Source of the DNA: the human T2T-CHM13v2.0 reference genome, Homo sapiens
Length of the DNA stretch: 64,000 nucleotides
Assembly (NCBI RefSeq): GCF_009914755.1
Contig: NC_060925.1
Reading direction: 5' to 3' (one strand)
This document shows, in pieces, positions 11,576-25,318 of this stretch. Numbering within the stretch: position 1 is the first letter of the stretch; every line of letters starts with the position of its first letter. Under the pieces are notes generated by a model. It was not told where the DNA came from, did not search any database, and saw nothing but the letters and a program-made list of their open reading frames with translations. A program made the translations under genes and the position numbers.

Positions 11576-14500
11576 ATCAAATGGAATCAAAAATAACCAT
11601 CATCAACTGGTATTGAATGGAATTCTCATCAAATGGAATTCAAAGGAATCATCATCAAATGGAACTGAATGGAATCCTCATTGAATGGAAATGAAAGGGG
11701 TCATCATCTAATGGAATCGCATGGAATCATCATCAAATGGAATCGAATGGAATCATCATCAAATGGAATCTGATGGAATCATTGAACAGAATTGAATGGA
11801 ATCGTCATCGAATGAATTGAATGCAATCATCGAATGGTCTCGAATGTAATCACATTCTAATGGAAAGGAATGGAATCATCGCATAGAATCGAATGGAATT
11901 AACATTGAATGGACTCGAATGGAATCAACATCAAACGGAATCAAGCGGAATTATCGAATGGAATCGAAGAGAATCATCGAATGGACTCGAATGGAATCAT
12001 CTAATGAAATGGAATGGAATAATCCACGGACCCGAATGCAATCATCATCGTATAGAATCGAATGGAATCATCGAATGGACTCGAATGGAATAATCATTGA
12101 ACGGAATCGAATGGAATCATCATCGGATGGAAACGAATGGAATCATCATCGAATGGAAATGAAAGGAGTCATCATCTAATGGAATTGCATGGAATCATCA
12201 TCAAATGGAATCGAATGGAATCAACATCAAATGGAATCAAATGGAATCATTGAACGGAATTGAATGGAATCATCATCGAATGAATTGAATGCAATCATCG
12301 AATGGTCTCGAATGAAATCATCTTCAAATGGAATGGAATGGAATCATCGCATAGAATCGAATGGAATTATCATCGAATGGAATCGAATGGTATCAACACC
12401 AAACGGAAAAAAACGGAATTATCGAATGGAATCGAAGAGAATCTTCGAACGGACCCGAATGGAATCATCTAATGGAATGGAATGGAATAATCCATGGACT
12501 CGAATGCAATCATCATCGAATGGAATCGAATGGAATCATCGAATGGACTCGAATGGAATAATCATTGAACGGAATCGAATGGAATCATCATCGGATGGAA
12601 ACGAATGGAATCATCATCGAATGGAATCGAATAGAATTATGGAATGAAATCCAGTGTGATCATCATCGAATGGACCCGAATGGAATCATCATCCAACGGA
12701 AGCTAATGGAATCAACATCGAAAGAATCAAATGGAAACACCATCGAATTGAAACGAATGGAATTACCATGAAATTGAAATGGATGGACTCATCATCGAAT
12801 GGATTCGAATGGAATCATCGAATAAAATTGATTGAAATCATCATCGAATGGAATCGAATGGTATCATTGAATGGAATCGAATGGAATCATCATCAGATGG
12901 AAATGAATGGAATCGTCATAGAATGGAATCGAATGGATTCATTGAATGGAATCAGATGGAATCATCGAACGGATTGGAATGGAATCATTGAATGGACTCG
13001 GAAGGGATCATGATTGAATGGAATTGAATGGAATCATCGAATGGTCTCGATTGGAATCATTATCAAATGGAATCGAATGGAATCACCGAATAGAATCGAA
13101 TGGAACAATCATCGAATGGACTCAAATGGAATTATCCTCAAATGGAATCGAATGGAATTATTGAATGCAATCGAATGGAATTATCGAATGCAATCGAATA
13201 GAATCATCGAATGGACTCGAATGGAATCATCGAATGGAATGGAATGGAACAGTCAATGAACTCGAATGGAATCATCATTGAATGGAATCGAATGGAATCA
13301 TCGAGTGGAATCGAATGGAATTATGATCAAATGGAATCGAATGTAATCATCATCAAATGGAATCAAAAATAACCATCATCAATTGGTATTGAATGGAATT
13401 GTCATCAAATGGAATTCAAAGGAATCGTTCATCAAATGGAACCGAATGGAATCCTCATTGAATGGAAATGAAAGGGGTCATCATCTAATGGAATCGGATG
13501 GAATCATCATCAAATGGAATCGAATGGAATCATCATCAAATGGAATCTAATGGAATCATTGAACAGAATTGAATGGAATCGTCATCGGATGAATTGAATG
13601 CAATCATCGAATGGTCTCGAATGGAATCATCTTCTAATGGAAAGGAATGGAATCATCGCATAGAATCGATTGGAATTATCATCGAATGGAATCGAATGGT
13701 ATCAACACCAAACGGAAAAAAACGGAATTATCGAATGGAATCGAAGAGAATCTTCGAACGGACCCGAATGGAATCATCTAATGGAATGGAATGGAATAAT
13801 CCATGGACTCGAATGCAATCATCATCGAATGGAATCGAATGGAATCATCGAATGGACTCGAATGGAATAATCATTGAACGGAATCGAATGGAATCATCAT
13901 CGGATGGAAACGAATGGAATCATCATCGAATGGAAATGAAAGGAGTCATCATCTAATGGAATTGCATGGAATCATCATAAAATGGAATCGAATGGAATCA
14001 ACATCAAATGGAATCAAATGGAATCATTGAACGGAATTGAATGGAATCGTCATCGAATGAATTGACTGCAATCATCGAATGGTCTCGGAATCATCTTCAA
14101 ATGGAATGGAATGGAATCATCGCATAGAATCGAATGGAATTATCATCGAATGGAATGGAATGGAATCAACATCAAACGGAAAAAAACGGAATTATCGAAT
14201 GGAATCGAAGAGAATCATCGAATGGACCCGAATGGAATCATCTAATGGAATGGAATGGAATAATCCATGGACTCGAATGCAATCATCATCGAATGGAATC
14301 GAATGGAATCATCGAATGGACTCGAATGGAATAATCATTGAACGGAATCGAATGGAATCATCATCGGATGGAAATGAATGGAATAATCATCGAATGGAAT
14401 CGAATAGAATTATGGAATGAAATCCAGTGTGATCATCATCGAATGGACCCGAATGGAATCATCATCCAACGGAAGCTAATGGAATCAACATCGAATGAAT

Positions 14501-17500
14501 CGAATGGAAACACCATCGAATTGAAACGAATGGAATTATCATGAAATTGAAATGGATGGACTCATCATCGAATGGATTCGAATGGAATCATCGAATAAAA
14601 TTGATTGAAATCATCATCGAATGGAATCGAATGGTATCATTGAATGGAATCGAATGGAATCATCATCAGATGGAAATGAATGGAATCGTCATAGAATGGA
14701 ATCGAATGGATTCATTGAATGGAATCAGATGGAATCATCGAATGGACTGGAATGGAATCATTGAATGGACTCGAAAGGGATCATGATTGAATGGAATTGA
14801 ATGGAATCATCGAATGGTCTCGATTGGAATCATTATCAAATGGAATCGAATGGAATCACCGAATAGAATCGAATGGAACAATCATCGAATGGACTCAAAT
14901 GGAATTATCCTCAAATGGAATCGAATGGAATTGTCGAATGCAATCGAATGGAATTATCGAATGCAATCGAATAGAATCATCGAATGGACTCGAATGGAAT
15001 CATCGAATGGAATGGAATGGAACAGTCAATGAACTCGAATGGAATCATCATTGAATGGAATCGAATGGAATCATCGAGTGGAATCGAATGGAATTATGAT
15101 CAAATGGAATCGAATGTAATCATCATCAAATGGAATCAAAAATAACCATCATCAATTGGTATTGAATGGAATTGTCATCAAATGGAATTCAAAGGAATCA
15201 TCATCAAATGGAACCGAATGGAATCCTCATTGAATGGAAATGAAAGGGGTCATCATCTAATGGAATCGCATGGAATCATCACCAAATGGAATCGAATGGA
15301 ATCATCATCAAATGGAATCTAATGGAATCATTGAACAGAATTGAATGGAATCGTCATCAAATGATTTGAATGCAATCATCGAATGGTCTCGAATGGAATC
15401 ATCTTCTAATGGAAAGGAATGGAATCATCGCATAGAATCGAATGGAATTATCATCGAATGGAATCGAATGGTATCAACACCAAACGGAAAAAAACGGAAT
15501 TATCGAATGGAATCGAAGAGAATCTTCGAACGGACCCGAATGGAATCATCTAATGGAATGGAATGGAATAATCCATGGACTCGAATGCAATCATCATCGA
15601 ATGGAATCGAATGGAATCATCGAATGGACTCGAATGGAATAATCATTGAACGGAATCGAATGGAATCATCATCGGATGGAAACGAATGGAATCATCATCG
15701 AATGGAAATGAAAGGAGTCATCATCTAATGGAATTGCATGGAATCATCATCAAATGGAATCGAATGGAATCAACATCAAATGGAATCTAATGGAATCATT
15801 GAACAGAATTGAATGGAATCGTCATCGAATGAATTGACTGCAATCATCGAATGGTCTCGAATGGAATCATCTTCAAATGGAATGGAATGGAATCATGGCA
15901 TAGAATCGAATGGAATTATCATCGAATGGAATCGAATGGAATCAACATCAAACGGAAAAAAACGGAATTATCGAATGGAATCGAAGAGAATCATCGAATG
16001 GACCCGAATGGAATCATCTAATGGAATGGAATGGAATAATCCATGGACTCGAATGCAATCATCATCGAATGGAATCGAATGGAATCATCGAATGGACTCG
16101 AATGGAATAATCATTGAACGGAATCGAATGGAATCATCATCAGATGGAAATGAATGGAATCATCATCGAATGGAATCGAATAGAATTATGGAATGAAATC
16201 CAGTGTGATCATCATCGAATGGACCCGAATGGAATCATCATCCAAAGGAAGCTAATGGAATCAACATCGAATGAATCAAATGGAAACACCATCGAATTGA
16301 AACGAATGGAATTATCATGAAATTGAAATGGATGGACTCATCATCGAATGGATTTGAATGGAATCATCGAATAAAATTGATTGAAATCATCATCGAATGG
16401 AATCGAATGGTATCATTGAATGGAATCGAATGGAATCATCATCAGATGGAAATGAATGGAATCGTCATAGAATGGAATCGAATGGATTCATTGAATGGAA
16501 TCAGATGGAATCATCGAATGGACTGGAATGGAATCATTGAATGGACTCGAAAGGGATCATGATTGAATGGAATTGAATGGAATCATCGAATGGTCTCGAT
16601 TGGAATCATTATCAAATGGAATCGAATGGAATCACCGAATAGAATCGAATGGAACAATCATCGAATGGACTCAAATGGAATTATCCTCAAATGGAATCGA
16701 ATGGAATTATCGAATGCAATCGAATGGAATTATCGAATGCAATCGAATAGAATGATCGAATGGACTCGAATGGAATCATCGAATGGAATGCAATGGAACA
16801 GTCAATGAACTCGAATGGAATCATCATTGAATGGAATCGAATGGAATCATCGATTGGAATCGAATGGAATTATGATCAAATGGAATCGAATGTAATCCTC
16901 ATCAAATGGAATCAAAAATAACCATCATCAATTGGTATTGAATGGAATTGTCATCAAATGGAATTCAAAGGAATCATCATCAAATGGAACCGAATGGAAT
17001 CCTCATTGAATGGAAATGAAAGGGGTCATCATCTAATGGAATCGCATGGAATCATCATCAAATGGAATCGAATGGAATCATCATCAAATGGAATCTATTG
17101 GAATCATTGAACAGAATTGAATGGAATCGTCATCGAATGAATTGAATGCAATCATCGAATGGTCTCGAATGGAATCATCTTCTAATGGAAAGGAATGGAA
17201 TCATCGCATAGAATCGAATGGAATTATCATCGAATGGAATCGAATGGTATCAACACCAAACGGAAAAAAACGGAATTATCGAATGGAATCGAAGAGAATC
17301 TTCGAACGGACCCGAATGGAATCATCTAATGGAATGGAATGGAATAATCCATGGACTCGAATGCAATCATCATCGAATGGAATCGAATGGAATCATCGAA
17401 TGGACTCGAATGGAATAATCATTGAACGGAATCGAATGGAATCATCATCGGATGGAAACGAATGGAATCATCATCGAATGGAAATGAAAGGAGTCATCAT

Positions 17501-20500
17501 CCAATGGAATTGCATGGAATCATCATAAAATGGAATCGAATGGAATCAACATCAAATGGAATCAAATGGAATCATTGAACGGAATTGAATGGAATCGTCA
17601 TCGAATGAATTGACTGCAATCATCCAATGGTCTCGAATGGAATCATCTTCAAATGGAATGGAATGGAATCATCGCATAGAATCGAATGGAATTATCATCG
17701 AATGGAATCGAATGGAATCAACATCAAACGGAAAAAAACGGAATTATCGAATGGAATCGAAGAGAATCATCGAATGGACCCGAATGGAATCATCTAATGG
17801 AATGGAATGGAATAATCCATGGACTCGAATGCAATCATCATCGAATGGAATCGAATGGAATCATCGAATGGACTCGAATGGAATAATCATTGAACGGAAT
17901 CGAATGGAATCATCATCGGATGGAAATGAATGGAATCATCATCGAATGGAATCGAATAGAATTATGGAATGAAATCCAGTGTGATCATCATCGAATGGAC
18001 CCGAATGGAATCATCATCCAACGGAAGCTAATGGAATCAACATCGAATGAATCGAATGGAAACACCATCGAATTGAAACGAATGGAATTATCATGAAATT
18101 GAAATGGATGGACTCATCATCGAATGGATTCGAATGGAATCATGGAATAAAATTGATGGAAATCATCATCCAATGGAATCGAATGGTATCATTGAATGGA
18201 ATCGAATGGAATCATCATCAGATGGAAATGAATGGAATCGTCATAGAATGGAATCGAATGGATTCATTGACTGGAATCAGATGGAATCATCGAATGGACT
18301 GGAATGGAATCATTGAATGGACTCGAAAGGGATCATGATTGAATGGAATTGAATGGAATCATCGAATGGTCTCGATTGGAATCATTATCAAATGGAATCG
18401 AATGGAATCACCGAATAGAATCGAATGGAACAATCATCGAATGGACTCAAATGGAATTATCCTCCAATGGAATGGAATGGAATTATCGAATGCAATCGAA
18501 TGGAATTATCGAATGCAATCGAATAGAATCATCGAATGGACTCGAATGGAATCATCGAATGGAATGGAATGGAACAGTCAATGAACTCGAATGGAATCAT
18601 CATTGAATGGAATCGAATGGAATCATCGAGTGGAATCGAATGGAATTATGATCAAATGGAATCGAATGTAATCATCATCAAATGGAATCAAAAATAACCA
18701 TCATCAATTGGTATTGAATGGAATTGTCATCAAATGGAATTCAAAGGAATCATCATCAAATGGAACCGAATGGAATCCTCATTGAATGGAAATGAAAGGG
18801 GTCATCATCTAATGGAATCGCATGGAATCATCATCAAATGGAATCGAATGGAATCATCATCAAATGGAATCTAATGGAATCATTGAACAGAATTGAATGG
18901 AATCGTCATCGAATGAATTGAATGCAATCATCGAATGGTCTCGAATGGAATCATCTTCTAATGGAAAGGAATGGAATCATCGCATAGAATCGAATGGAAT
19001 TATCATCGAATGGAATCGAATGGTATCAACACCAAACGGAAAAAAACGGAATTATCGAATGGAATCGAAGAGAATCTTCGAACGGACCCGAATGGAATAA
19101 TCTAATGGAATGGAATGGAATAATCCATGGACTCGAATGCAATCATCACCGAATGGAATCGAATGGAATCATCGAATGGACTCGAATGGAATAATCATTG
19201 AACGGAATCGATTGGAATCATCATCGGATGGAAACGAATGGAATCATCATCGAATGGAAATGAAAGGAGTCATCATCTAATGGAATTGCATGGAATCATC
19301 ATAAAATGGAATCGAATGGAATCAACATCAAATGGAATCAAATGGAATCATTGAACGGAATTGAATGGAATCGTCATCGAATGAATTGACTGCAATCATC
19401 CAATGGTCTCGAATGGAATCATCTTCAAATGGAATGGAATGGAATCATCGCATAGAATCGAATGGAATTATCATCGAATGGAATCGAATGGAATCAACAT
19501 CCAACGGAAAAAAACGGAATTATCGAATGGAATCGAAGAGAATCATCGAATGGACCCGAATGGAATCATGTAATGGAATGGAATGGAATAATCCATGGAC
19601 TCGAATGCAATCATCATCGAATGGAATCGAATGGAATCATCGAATGGACTCGTATGGAATAATCATTGAACGGAATCGAATGGAATCATCATCGGATGGA
19701 AATGAATGGAATCATCATCGAATGGAATCGAATAGAATTATGGAATGAAATCCAGTGTGATCATCATCGAATGGACCCGAATGGAATCATCATCCAACGG
19801 AAGCTAATGGAATCAACATCGAATGAATCAAATGGAAACACCATCGAATTGAAACGAATGGAATTACCATGAAATTGAAATGGATGGACTCATCATCGAA
19901 TGGATTAATGGAATCATCGAATAAAATTGATTGAAATCATCATCGAATGGAATCGAATGGTATCATTGAATGGAATCGAATGGAATCATCATCAGATGGA
20001 AATGAATGGAATCGTCATAGAATGGAATCGAATGGATTCATTGAATGGAATCAGATGGAATCATCGAATGGACTGGAATGGAATCATTGAATGGACTCGA
20101 AAGGGATCATGATTGAATGGAATTGAATGGAATCATCGAATGGTCTCGATTGGAATCATTATCAAATGGAATCGAATGGAATCACCGAATAGAATCGAAT
20201 GGAACAATCATCGAATGGACTCAAATGGAATTATCCTCAAATGGAATCGAATGGAATTATCGAATGCAATCGAATGGAATTATCGAATGCAATCGAATAG
20301 AATCATCGAATGGACTCGAATGGAATCATCGAATGGAATGGAATGGAACAGTCAATGAACTCGAATGGAATCATCATTGAATGGAATCGAATGGAATCAT
20401 CGAGTGGAATCGAATGGAATTATGATCAAATGGAATCGAATGTAATCATCATCAAATGGAATCAAAAATAACCATCATCAATTGGTATTGAATGGAATTG

Positions 20501-21139
20501 TCATCAAATGGAATTCAAAGGAATCATCATCAAATGGAACCGAATGGAATCCTCATTGAATGGAAATGAAAGGGGTCATCATCTAATGGAATCGCATGGA
20601 ATCATCATCAAATGGAATCGAATGGAATCATCATCAAATGGAATCTAATGGAATCATTGAACAGAATTGAATGGAATCGTCATCGAATGAATTGAATGCA
20701 ATCATCGAATGGTCTCGAATGGAATCATCTTCTAATGGAAAGGAATGGAATCATCGCATAGAATCGAATGGAATTATCATCGAATGGAATCGAATGGTAT
20801 CAACACCAAACGGAAAAAAACGGAATTATCAAATGGAATCGAAGAGAATCTTCGAACGGACCCGAATGGAATCATCTAATGGAATGGAATGGAATAATCC
20901 ATGGACTCGAATGCAATCATCATCGAATGGAATCGAATGGAATCATCGAATGGACTCGAATGGAATAATCATTGAACGGAATCGAATGGAATCATCATCG
21001 GATGGAAACGAATGGAATCATCATCGAATGGAAATGAAAGGAGTCATCATCTAATGGAATTGCATGGAATCATCATAAAATGGAATCGAATGGAATCAAC
21101 ATCAAATGGAATCAAATGGAATCATTGAACGGAATTGAA

Positions 21140-24100
21140 TGGAATCGTCATCGAATGAATTGACTGCAATCATCCAATGGTCTCGAATGTAATCATCTTC
21201 AAATGGAATGGAATGGAATCATCGCATAGAATCGAATGGAATTATCATCGAATGGAATCGAATGGAATCAACATCAAACGGAAAAAAACGGAATTATCGA
21301 ATGGAATCGAAGAGAATCATCGAATGGACCCGAATGGAATCATCTAATGGAATGGAATGGAATAATCCATGGACTCGAATGCAATCATCATCGAATGGAA
21401 TCGAATGGAATCATCGAATGGACTCGAATGGAATAATCATTGAACGGAATCGAATGGAATCATCATCGGATGGAAATGAATGGAATCATCATCGAATGGA
21501 ATCGAATAGAATTATGGAATGAAATCCAGTGTGATCATCATCGAATGGACCCGAATGGAATCATCATCCAACGGAAGCTAATGGAATCAACATCGAATGA
21601 ATCAAATGGAAACACCATCGAATTGAAACGAATGGAATTATCATGAAATTGAAATGGATGGACTCATCATCGAATGGATTCGAATGGAATCATCGAATAA
21701 AATTGATTGAAATCATCATCGAATGGAATCGAATGGTATCATTGAATGGAATCGAATGGAATCATCATCAGATGGAAATGAATGGAATCGTCATAGAATG
21801 GAATCGAATGGATTCATTGAATGGAATCAGATGGAATCATCGAATGGACTGGAATGGAATCATTGAATGGACTCGAAAGGGATCATTATTGAATGGAATT
21901 GAATGGAATCATCGAATGGTCTCGATTGGAATCATTATCAAATGGAATCGAATGGAATCACCGAATAGAATCGAATGGAACAATCATCGAATGGACTCAA
22001 ATGGAATTATCCTCCAATGGAATGGAATGGAATTATCGAATGCAATCGAATGGAATTATCGAATGCAATCGAATAGAATCATCGAATGGACTCGAATGGA
22101 ATCATCGAATGGAATGGAATGGAACAGTCAATGAACTCGAATGGAATCATCATTGAATGGAATCGAATGGAATCATCGAGTGGAATCGAATGGAATTATG
22201 ATCAAATGGAATCGAATGTAATCATCATCAAATGGAATCAAAAATAACCATCATCAATTGGTATTGAATGGAATTGTCATCAAATGGAATTCAAAGGAAT
22301 CATCATCAAATGGAACCGAATGGAATCCTCATTGAATGGAAATGAAAGGGGTCATCATCTAATGGAATCGCATGGAATCATCATCAAATGGAATCGAATG
22401 GAATCACCATCAAATGGAATCTAATGGAATCATTGAACAGAATTGAATGGAATCGTCATCGAATGAATTGAATGCAATCATCGAATGGTCTCGAATGGAT
22501 TCATCTTCGAATGGAAAGGAATGGAATCATCGCATAGAATCGAATGGAATTATCATCGAATGGAATCGAATGGTATCAACACCAAACGGAAAAAAACGGA
22601 ATTATCGAATGGAATCGAAGAGAATCTTCGAACGGACCCTAATGGAATCATCTAATGGAATGGAATGGAATAATCCATGGACTCGAATGCAATCATCATC
22701 GAATGGAATCGAATGGAATCATCGAATGGACTCGAATGGAATAATCATTGAACGGAATCGATTGGAATCATCATCGGATGGAAACGAATGGAATCATCAT
22801 CGAATGGAAATGAAAGGAGTCATCATCTAATGGAATTGCATGGAATCATCATAAAATGGAATCGAATGGAATCAACATCAAATGGAATCAAATGGAATCA
22901 TTGAACGGAATTGAATGGAATCGTCATCGAATGAATTGACTGCAATCATCCAATGGTCTCGAATGGAATCATCTTCAAATGGAATGGAATGGAATCATCG
23001 CATAGAATCGAATGGAATTATCATCGAATGGAATCGAAGGGAATCAACATCCAACGGAAAAAAACGGAATTATCGAATGGAATCGAAGAGAATCATCGAA
23101 TGGACCCGAATGGAATCATGTAATGGAATGGAATGGAATAATCCATGGACTCGAATGCAATCATCATCGAATGGAATCGAATGGAATCATCGAATGGACT
23201 CGAATGGAATAATCATTGAACGGAATCGAATGGAATCATCATCGGATGGAAATGAATGGAATCATCATCGAATGGAATCGAATATAATTATGGAATGAAA
23301 TCCAGTGTGATCATCATCGAATGGACCCGAATGGAATCATCATCCAACGGAAGCTAATGGAATCAACATCGAATGAATCAAATGGAAACACCATCGAATT
23401 GAAACGAATGGAATTATCATGAAATTGAAATGGATGGACTCATCATCGAATGGATTCGAATGGAATCATCGAATAAAATTGATTGAAATCATCATCGAAT
23501 GGAATCGAATGGTATCATTGAATGGAATCGAATGGAATCATCATCAGATGGAAATGAATGGAATCGTCATAGAATGGAATCGAATGGATTCATTGAATGG
23601 AATCAGATGGAATCATCGAATGGACTGGAATGGAATCATTGAATGGACTCGATAGGGATCATTATTGAATGGAATTGAATGGAATCATCGAATGGTCTCG
23701 ATTGGAATCATTATCAAATGGAATCGAATGGAATCACCGAATAGAATCGAATGGAACAATCATCGAATGGACTCAAATGGAATTATCCTCAAATGGAATC
23801 GAATGGAATTATCGAATGCAATCGAATGGAATTATCGAATGCAATCGAATAGAATCATCGAATGGACTCGAATGGAATCATCGAATAGAATGGAATAGAA
23901 CAGTCAATGAACTCGAATGGAATCATCATTGAATGGAATCGAATGGAATCATCGAGTGGAATCGAATGGAATTATGATCAAATGGAATCGAATGTAATCA
24001 TCATCAAATGGAATCAAAAATAACCATCATCAATTGGTATTGAATGGAATTGTCATCAAATGGAATTCAAAGGAATCATCATCAAATGGAACCGAATGGA

Positions 24101-24495
24101 ATCCTCATTGAATGGAAATGAAAGGGGTCATCATCTAATGGAATCGCATGGAATCATCATAAAATGGAATCGAATGGAATCAACATCAAATGGAATCAAA
24201 TGGAATCATTGAACGGAATTGAATGGAATCATCGAATGAATTGGATGCAATCATCGAATGGTCTCGAATGGAATCTTCTTCAAATGGAATGGAATGGAAT
24301 CATCGCATAGAATCGAATGGAATTATCATCGAATGGAATCGAATGGAATCAACATCAAACGGAAAAAAACGGAATTATCGAATGGAATCGAAGAGAATCA
24401 TCGAATGGACCCGAATGGAATCATCTAATGGAATGGAATGGAATAATCCATGGACTCGAATGCAATCATCATCGAATGGAATCGAATGGAATCAT
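21140..24495 (+). repeat. Copy 1 of a 9,596-bp-offset duplication
   Basis: Private variants shared with ~30736-34090: ctccaatggaatggaa, gaatcaccatcaa, aatggattcatctt, atcgattggaatc, acatccaacgg, atcatgtaat, aattggatgca, gaatcttcttc. Offsets 21643/31239, 22447/32043, 22915/32511 and 24223/33819 are all 9596. Confidence 0.88.
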
Positions 24496-25318
24496 CGAAT
24501 GAACTCGAATGGAATCATCATTTGATGGAATCGAATGGAATCATCGAGTGGAATCGAATGGAATTATGATCAAATGGAATCGAATGTAATCATCATCAAA
24601 TGGAATCAAAAATAACCATCATCAATTGGTATTCAATAGAATTGTCATCAAATGGAATTCAAAGGAATCATCATCAAATGGAACCGAATGGAATCCTCAT
24701 TGAATGGAAATGAAAGGGGTCATCATCTAATGGAATCACATGGAATCATCATCAAATGGAATCGAATGGAATCTTCATCAAATGGAATCTAATGGAATCA
24801 TTGAACAGAATTGAATGGAATCGTCATCGAATGAATTGAATGCAATCATCGAATGGTCTCGAATGGAATCATCTTCTAATGGAAAGGAATGGAAACATCG
24901 CATAGAATCGAATGGAATTATCATCGAATGGAATCGAATGGTATCAACACCAAACGGAAAAAAACGGAATTATCGAAAGGAATCGAAGAGAATCTTCGAA
25001 CGGACCCGAATGGAATCATCTAATGGAATGGAATGGAATAATCCATGGACTCGAATGCAATCATCATCGAATGGAATCGAATGGAATCATCGAATGGACT
25101 CGAATGGAATAATCATTGAACGGAATCGAATGGAATCATCATCGGATGGAAATGAATGGAATCATCATCGAATGGAATCGAATAGAATTATGGAATGAAA
25201 TCCAGTGTGATCATCATCGAATGGACCCGAATGGAATCATCATCCAACAGAAGCTAATGGAATCAACATCGAATGAATCGAATGGAAACACCATCGAATT
25301 CAAACGAATGGAATTACC
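23419..25318 (+). repeat. Rearranged 1,900-bp monomer with duplicated EcoRI block
   Basis: At ~24500 the sub-repeat jumps back to 'aatgaactcg'. The EcoRI block occurs at ~24063 and ~24655. Length 1900 = 1308 + 592. Confidence 0.85.
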
